64,000 bases of DNA from the NCBI GenBank assembly GCA_965603825.1, contig CBFDEM010000033.1, positions 620,001-684,000 on the forward strand. Reading direction: 5' to 3'. The DNA is from Blepharisma stoltei ATCC 30299 (lineage: Eukaryota > Protista > Ciliophora). Numbering within the stretch: position 1 is the first letter of the stretch; every line of letters begins with the position of its first letter. A program made the position numbers and the translations under genes. Shown here piece after piece: positions 57,098 to 64,000 of the stretch. The notes beneath the pieces were generated by a model that saw nothing but the letters and a program-made list of their open reading frames with translations, searched no databases and was not told the origin of the DNA.

Positions 57098-58327
57098 CTA
57101 TACAATGCTCTTTGACCCAGTTTTTGAGCTTAATGGCCTTGGACACAGCTCATCATACAATCTCCCAGCATGCGAGCTTAAAATTGTTTTCATTTTTTTC
57201 TGTTTCTCCATCATATGTTGCTTTTCTTTTAAAAATTCCTGATTTTGATCTTCCAGCTTAGCTCTAAGGTCGTTTATTTTTTGTTCATATTCAGACCTAA
57301 TTTCATCTTCAATATAGCTTTTTGCTAATTTTATGCTTTCTTCTATCGTAAAACTTGCAAATCTATTCTTATATCATACTAGCATGCAAGCTTTTATCAG
57401 CCTTGATTTTCGCTTTAATAAGCATTTTTTAAGGATTTTTTGAGCGTTTACTTTTTGTTTTCATAAATGTAGGCACTCAATTTTGCTGCTCAATAAATTT
57501 TTTATTAAATATTTTTTTATTGTTTTTGAGATTCTACGCCTTTCTTTGATAGAGTTTTTTCAAGCTTTAAGTATTGAGCGCTGTTTAAGGCTCTTAAGCT
57601 TTCTTAGCGATTTTTTTAAAATTCTATCTAATCTAATCTGAATATTGCATTCCTCAATTCATGTCCTAAACGCCCAATTCAAAGACACCACCTCAGCAAA
57701 ATTAAAAAGCTGCCTAATTTTCTGCGCCCTTAAAAACTTAATCCTTCATTGGCTTCAAAATTGATATTGCAATTTCAACACTAATTGTTCTTGGACTTTC
57801 CAATATATAAAATGCCTATTTTTACTTTTCAATACATATTTTCTTCAAGAATTAAATACCTTTTTCAAAGCAATATATAAAACTTTCGATCCTTTATCAT
57901 TTCTTATAATCAGCGATTTCCAATTGATAAAAATTTTATTCTTGATTTGCTTTTCGCAATTTTTCTTGCTTATTTTTCTTTCATTTACTATTTTCCTTCT
58001 TAATTTCCTAAAATCATCAGCTAATAAAATTTTTGCTTCTAATCTTTTCACAACAAAAAGTTTCCAAGCGTCAAAATATTTGTTTAAATCTATTTTTGGC
58101 AAAATATTAGGGGCGTAAGCTTTAGTTTTCTCAAAAATAATAGGTGAGTGGGAAGAAAATTGTAAATTTGTATATGATTTGCTGCTTGAAGTAGGGAATT
58201 TAGGCTCGATACTGGATGTATATTTTAAGCCGCCGCCGAACTAAGTTATGATTACTTTGAGGAGTGATCTATGCATCCCAGGTTCTGGAGTAGTTGTTAG
58301 AAAAGAAGAATTTGGGGTATAGTTCAT
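57098..58327 (-). CDS. Sfi1-repeat / POC5-like centrin-binding protein (404 aa)
   Basis: Intron 58241-58255 plus seven TGA=Trp. Periodic F/L-x-x-W-K/R motifs, then a POC5-like coiled coil (EYEQKINDLRAKLE...KKMK). Confidence 0.75.
58241..58255 (-). other. 15-nt spliceosomal intron
   Basis: gtaatcataacttag on the minus strand. Confidence 0.85.
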
Positions 58328-58575
58328 AATTTAAATAATGCACTTATGCAATTTAATTTAAATAGGGTTGAAATGGAGATATTTATGACAGATAAAATGT
58401 AGCAATACACAAAAATTGTTAAATTTTAAATTAAAATTCGGTTGATGCACTTATATTAATACTGACTTTTGGTATTTTCATATATGATTTTATTATTTTC
58501 TTTATTTATCCCCTATTATTTGTAGTATTTTTAAATGAAATAAACAGATTTTCGCAATGTAATTTCATTAATTCC

Positions 58576-59184
58576 ATGCACGCGAATATGCAAAACCGGC
58601 GTCAACGACTATTTATTCACCGAAGACGCTCCTTAATGCCGACTAATAGAAATTACAGTGCCCTGAAACATCCTCTTTCCCCACAAAAAATCCACTTTAT
58701 TTCCAGGTCCAAAATTATTCTTGATCTTGAAAACGAGAACAATTCTTCTCCGTTATTTGGAGCCTTTCCCAAGCGGAATTCGTCGCCTTCCTTCGTCCAC
58801 AGCTTTTTTTCTCCTTCTCCTCTTACAGATGAGCAATATCCCAAACCAATTCCTAAAGAAAGTTTAAAAGAAAAACAAATAAAAAATTTACTATCAAGAA
58901 ATAAAAGTTTTATATTGAAAAGGCAAGCTTCCGACTTTAAAGACAAAGACTTTTTAAATAAAATCAGAGGAAACTCATTGACGCCAAGGAAAATGAGCAG
59001 CCAATTTAATGATTTTCCGATTTTAAATGTAAGCAGAAATGAAAAAAATAAAATAGAATCATTGTCGCCGAAAAGAGAAGAAAATAGCCAAAGCGATAAT
59101 CAGAAGTATTTTAATGTGAAGCCTGCACAGCTGTATAACAAACCTATAAAAGGATTTAAAAGAAATTTATTAAAATTTATGTAG
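58576..59184 (+). CDS. Basic low-complexity hypothetical protein
   Basis: Clean ORF ending in TAG; start codon uncertain. Confidence 0.55.
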   Translation: MHANMQNRRQRLFIHRRRSLMPTNRNYSALKHPLSPQKIHFISRSKIILDLENENNSSPLFGAFPKRNSSPSFVHSFFSPSPLTDEQYPKPIPKESLKEKQIKNLLSRNKSFILKRQASDFKDKDFLNKIRGNSLTPRKMSSQFNDFPILNVSRNEKNKIESLSPKREENSQSDNQKYFNVKPAQLYNKPIKGFKRNLLKFM

Positions 59185-59418
59185 ATTCGTGGAGAATTGA
59201 AATCATTTAAATTATTTTGTTAAGAAAATACTTTAAAGAAAGATCCTTATTTTAAATTTATTTTTTAAATAAGTCTATATTGCTATTTTTTCTTATAATT
59301 TGAATTGTCTATTTTGATAAAATTTTATAAAAAATAATCAAATTATTCATTTCTAAGCAAGCAATATGACCAAATAAAGCTTAAAACGAGAAATTTCATA
59401 TATTTAGCATTATTAAAA

Positions 59419-60408
59419 ATGACGAGCAAACTCCCTCAAATTTCAACCCGAAAAATGTCATCAGCCAGCACATCTGCAGACTCTGCTGAAGACTCAAAAA
59501 AAGAATTAACTCAATTAACAAGATTTAACTCTTTAACAGAAAACGGCCGTCAAAGCTCCTTTGAAGAAGAAAAGTCTTCAATCGATGTTTTTATTGACCG
59601 CAGCATCGGAAGAGGCGCTTACGGCCAAGTCTTCAGAGCACTCAATAAACAAAATGGCAAATTTCTTGCTGTCAAGGTAATCAAACTAAGCTTAACTGGG
59701 CCTGACTGGAGAGAAAAACTTGAAGTCCTAGAAAAAGAAATAGATTTACTCAGGAGATTTGAGCACCCTAATATCGTCAAATACCTAGGCTCAGACAGAA
59801 ATCTCCCTGAAAACTGCGAAGAAGGTGAAATAAAAATTTATATGGAATATATGCCAGGAGGCTCCCTGTCATCAATTTTGAAGGAATATGGACCATTTTC
59901 TGAGTCAGTAATAGCCAAGTTTACTAAGCAAATTTTACTAGGACTTCATTATTTGCATTCTCATGGAGTCGTGCATAGAGATCTCAAAGGTGGGAATATT
60001 TTGGCTGCAAGTGATGGAACTGTTAAACTTGCGGATTTTGGGGCATCGAAACATATTCAAGGACTTCCTTTGGTATCAGACAACTCAGAACTGTGTAGGT
60101 CTATAAGAGGATCACTATATTGAATGGCTCCAGAAATATTAAGAAATGAAGGGTATGGAAGAAAAGTTGATATATGGTCCCTTGGATGCGTCATGATTGA
60201 AATGGCAAATGGCAGTCATCCATGGAACAATGTCACAAGTTACCACAGTTTATGCTTAGCCATAGCTCAGCAGCAAACTCCTGAAATTCCTGGTCACTGC
60301 TCTGACCCGTTTAAAGACTTTGTATCATCATGCTTGAGATATGATAAAAAGCTTCGACCTAACACTGGAGCATTACTTAAGCACGAATTCTTAGCAAATT
60401 TCACTTAA
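59419..60408 (+). CDS. STE11/NPK1-like MAP kinase kinase kinase (329 aa)
   Basis: GRGAYG, AVK, HRDLKGGN, DFGASK, GSLY-TGA(W)-MAPE, DIWSLGC. Confidence 0.95.
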
Positions 60409-60467
60409 GAGGAATTATATGTAAGTAATATTATCACATATAAATTAGCTTATTTTTTAAACAGATT

Positions 60468-61304
60468 TTACATAAATTGTGCAGAAATATTAAAAGCTGC
60501 CTTCAAAACAGGACGAACATCAGGAACTTCTAATAGGGAATCAAGGAAATCAGAAACTTGGTAAAGCTCAATATCATTTGGGTCAGAAAACCAGCTTGTA
60601 ATAGGGATCCCGTTTTCCAACTGAAACGAGAAAGCTGAAATGGTGTTATCAACAATTATAACTTCACTTAGACTTCTGCCAAATAGCCTCAGATCTTTTA
60701 TGAGATTTCCTTTTATTTCAACACAAGAAGAGCGGTAAAATCTGTATCTTATCATTTTCCTTTGAGGGTCTATCACATTTAAAAGTTGACTTGCATAGGC
60801 TTCATGTGAAGCGGTAAAAGCGACCAAATCAAATTTCTTTGAAACTTTATTTAAAAATTCAAACATCCCAGGCCGAAACCTAACATAAACGCTACAAATT
60901 TCTCCATTAAATGATACTTTGAGCACAGTATCAGGATTTTCTATTGGAGAAAGTTCACTATGCACTAATGTTTCGTCAAGATCAAGCACAAGTGTAAGTC
61001 GCTTTGCTTTTCTAGTTTTCATAGGCAGTAAGTTGTATCTAGGAGACTGCATTATTCTGTTCAAAAAAGGGCTCCTTTCTATGATTTCTTTATTTTGTGG
61101 CTCTTCTTCAGTATCAGAATCATTTGTGCATGAATCTTCAAGCCCATGAAAATTTGGGGCAGAAAAAATGATTTCTGGAGGCTCACTGGTGATTATTGAT
61201 GGAATTTCCTCACTGTCTTTTCTTCTAGCAGCAATCATAGCTATTAAATCACCTTTTCTAGGTGATGAAATTAATTCTGCCGGTATTTCCATGTTTGAAT
61301 TCAT
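60468..61304 (-). CDS. CTD small phosphatase (SCP/CTDSPL2, NIF family)
   Basis: TLVLDLDETLVHS, VYVRFRPG, FTAS..YA, KDLR, IVDN, NGIPI.SW. Confidence 0.95.
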   Translation of the reverse strand: MNSNMEIPAELISSPRKGDLIAMIAARRKDSEEIPSIITSEPPEIIFSAPNFHGLEDSCTNDSDTEEEPQNKEIIERSPFLNRIMQSPRYNLLPMKTRKAKRLTLVLDLDETLVHSELSPIENPDTVLKVSFNGEICSVYVRFRPGMFEFLNKVSKKFDLVAFTASHEAYASQLLNVIDPQRKMIRYRFYRSSCVEIKGNLIKDLRLFGRSLSEVIIVDNTISAFSFQLENGIPITSWFSDPNDIELYQVSDFLDSLLEVPDVRPVLKAAFNISAQFM

Positions 61305-61383
61305 GTTTTATGTTAAATACTCAGTATTTTGAATTCAGATATTTTAGATTTTAATTCAAAATAATAAACTAAATATAATACGA

Positions 61384-62373
61384 TTAGCTATCAAGAACTT
61401 CTATTGCTTCTATCATTTTTTCAGCCAATTCTTGAGGATTATCCCAATATAAGTGATGATCGGAATGGCTGATCATATAAATCAGCATTTTCCCCGAATA
61501 ATTTTTTTCTAATTGCCTGGCGCCATCTGGCTTGACCCAATCAATGTCCCCAAAGAAAAAGGCCATTGGAGTCTTTGATTTTTCAAACCTAGCACATAAT
61601 GGGCTTCTTGCTCATACTCCAGGCTCTAATATATAGACCAAGCCGTACTCACCGCTTCCTGGCATAATGTTAATTTGCTCTAAATAATTTCCAACTGCAT
61701 GGTTTTCCTCTTTTGTCAGACTATTCAGTCTATCTCTTGCATATGCTTTAAAAAAGTGACCTGTAATTGGACCGCATTTTCTAATTAATGAAACAGGGGT
61801 GATGTTTTTAAGCCAAAAGAACACCATGAACTTGTTCACGAACCTTATCCATCAGTCGCCTTCTAATTCTTTTAGAAAATCAAACTCTTTTGGCTTTTTC
61901 CCAAAGCCCACAGGTGATAAATATAAAACTTTTGAGACATGCTCAGGATATTTTAAAGCATAACACCCCGAAATATACCCTCCAAACGAATGCCCTACAA
62001 GGATAAATTTGTCAATCCCTTCAATTTGTCTAAAAATCTCCAGTGGCTCTACAAAAAATTCTTCAGCTGACTCCAATGTATTTGGGATGAATTCAGGACG
62101 TGTTGACCTCCCCATTCCTAAATGATCGACAATATAGATTCTATAGTTTTCGACTAGCCTTTTCAGAATTTTAAAAAATATAAGGCCTGAGCCACAATAT
62201 CCGTGCAGGAGAATCATTGGTGGATTTGCAGGATCTCCACACGTTAAACAATGAAGGAATAATCCTCTCCCGATGCATACGTTTCTTCTTTCTATTTCAA
62301 CGCCTGAAAGTCTAATTAAATCGTTTTCTGATTGCAGTAGCAAATCTGGGGAATATCGAGACCACTTTACCAT
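61384..62373 (-). CDS. ABHD4/5 (CGI-58)/Cld1-like alpha/beta hydrolase (329 aa)
   Basis: LLHGY, GMGRSTRP, GHSFGGY, SGE, W(TGA)ARSPL, HHLYWD. Two TGA join three track ORFs. Confidence 0.92.
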
Positions 62374-62730
62374 TGTTTTAAGATTTATTCTAAAGATTGT
62401 TGATAGAAAGTTTATAATTGTAATGAACGGATAAATTACTGATTTATATATTTTATCAGGTAAGGTTTTATAATAATATAAAAAATTACTATTGAAGATA
62501 GATTGTGGTAAAAAATATTTCTTTTTCGTTAGAATTATTAAGACAGTAATAATTAATTTATATTAATTTTATAATTAAATATTATATTTGAATTAAATTT
62601 TCCTTAGTCAAAATACTATATTAGGTATCATGCATTTTATAATTAAATTTACTCTTAAACATCTAAGCAAGAAAATTTCAATCCCCCAGTATTATTAATT
62701 CCCTAATCTGGATTTAATATATTTATTACT

Positions 62731-64000
62731 ATGGAAAATAGAAAACTAATTCTTCCTTTTCTTACAAGGCATTCCAGTCACAACTCAAATGGAAGTTCTG
62801 AAGGGAAGCTTGATAAAGAACTCCCCATAAATTTGCCATCCTCAAATAAATCAATTCCTAAACCGCCATCTGAAAAATTAGAAATCTCATCAAGATATGA
62901 AGGAAATTCAAGACAATTGAAAATCTCAGGCGAATTAAGAAAATCCAGATCAAAATCCCCAAAACTTGTACAATCCAATAGAATTTCAAATCTTTCAACC
63001 CCAAGATCAAGCATTCAGCCAACTCCCAGATCTCAGCAACTGCAAATTTCGAAAAATTCATTTGGAGATAAAAAAGCCATAGCTGAGATCCCAAATCCTA
63101 GGGAACAAATAGCAGAGCTTATAATGCAAATTCAGAAAAAAAACTCAATGCCTATTGCTGTAGAAAAGCAATTTCAAGATAATAAAATTATTTTAAAACC
63201 ATTTGAAAGCCCTCCAGATGACCCATCAGGAACAACAATCGTGACAAATCACGGGTTATTTGAAATACCAAAAGAAAAAAACGCACCATCTAAATGGGTA
63301 TCGAAAAAGGATTTTATTATGGAAAGCTACTTTAAGGACGTTTTTTCTAAACTGCCATTTGTTATGAATTTTAATAAAAGAAAAAATCTAGCAAAATGGC
63401 TGAAAGAGACGAGAAAGGCAAATTTTGAAAGGAAAAGAGAAGAATTAATAAATAATTTTTGGGCATCAAGAAAATTTTTTGCTAAAAATTATCAGCGTTT
63501 AAAAGGACATTTAACAAAAATCGCTGAAATAGTAGGGGTTGAAATAAAAGAAGGCAATATCTATGGAAAACGGCATATAGAATTCAGCTCAAGGCAGCAA
63601 GCTTGTATTAATGAAAATGGCCGAATTTTTGACAGAGAAAGCACAGGGATTTCTGATATAGTCACAATGAATTCAGAAGAACTCTCGAAAATCCAAGCAA
63701 AAGAAAGAGAAGATTTCGTAGACCGCCAAATCACAGAAAAACTTGAAGGCAAAAAAGACACTTTTATAGGGATCAGCTCAAAAAAGAAAAATAGCAAGGA
63801 TATTCGTGAAGAAAACATAAAGCTGCAAGGCAAACTTATTGATGGTTTTTTGCACTATGTAAGACTTTCCTATTTTAACTCAGTCATAGAAATGATAGAA
63901 GAAACAAGCTTACAATTTGCTGCCAAAATGTGTGGCCCAAGAAAGCCAAGATTCGAAGTTATTATGGTCATAAAACAAAATTTAAACGTCGACCCTGAGC
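62731..64000 (+). CDS. Large protein, 5' part (runs off window end); possibly a DNAH6-like dynein heavy chain N-terminus
   Basis: Open frame from ATG 62731 to the window end. 'KLPFVMNFNKRKNLAKWLKETRKANFERKREELINNF' and 'PRFEV' resemble the DNAH6 tail (by eye). Confidence 0.5.
   Translation, partial: MENRKLILPFLTRHSSHNSNGSSEGKLDKELPINLPSSNKSIPKPPSEKLEISSRYEGNSRQLKISGELRKSRSKSPKLVQSNRISNLSTPRSSIQPTPRSQQLQISKNSFGDKKAIAEIPNPREQIAELIMQIQKKNSMPIAVEKQFQDNKIILKPFESPPDDPSGTTIVTNHGLFEIPKEKNAPSKWVSKKDFIMESYFKDVFSKLPFVMNFNKRKNLAKWLKETRKANFERKREELINNFWASRKFFAKNYQRLKGHLTKIAEIVGVEIKEGNIYGKRHIEFSSRQQACINENGRIFDRESTGISDIVTMNSEELSKIQAKEREDFVDRQITEKLEGKKDTFIGISSKKKNSKDIREENIKLQGKLIDGFLHYVRLSYFNSVIEMIEETSLQFAAKMCGPRKPRFEVIMVIKQNLNVDPE

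Noticed and set aside
1-64000. In-frame TGA as selenocysteine or as mass pseudogenisation
   Set aside because: TGA aligns with Trp rather than Cys columns and occurs in otherwise intact conserved genes.
1-64000. CRISPR arrays, rRNA, intact transposase or prophage
   Set aside because: No repeat-spacer arrays, rRNA-like segments or DDE/RT/integrase motifs were seen.

Overview
Gene-dense, AT-rich eukaryotic DNA, most likely the macronuclear genome of a heterotrich ciliate of the Blepharisma type (taxon inferred). In-frame TGA repeatedly falls on invariant Trp positions, while genes end in TAA or TAG. Introns are 15-16 nt (GT...A at -6...YAG). The supplied standard-code ORF track therefore fragments or misses many genes. 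Re-read with UGA=Trp and tiny introns, the window holds about 42 protein genes: H+-PPase, HslV, GYF protein, EMC10, PABP, Atx1, CAMTA, Dopey, FtsX/MacB permease, NAF1, TBCE, LRRCC1-like, Rib72/EFHC, MUL1-like, DDX54, RPAC2, DDX24, HIRA-like WD40, POC5/Sfi1-like, MAPKKK, CTD phosphatase, ABHD4/5 and others. It also holds tRNA-Pro(CGG) and tRNA-Ala(UGC). Most notable items: (1) an intact MSMEG_6728/pyrimidine-dimer-glycosylase-family gene of bacterial or viral type that uses host UGA=Trp; (2) an unstable ~36-42 kb island with a rearranged cGMP-dependent kinase gene (IES-like insert between direct repeats, kinase domain deleted), a Rab pseudogene, and a degenerate PD-(D/E)xK nuclease fragment bracketed by internal telomere-type repeats; (3) a HExxH-family gene broken by three +1 frameshifts. 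All family calls come from motif recognition by eye; no database search was run.
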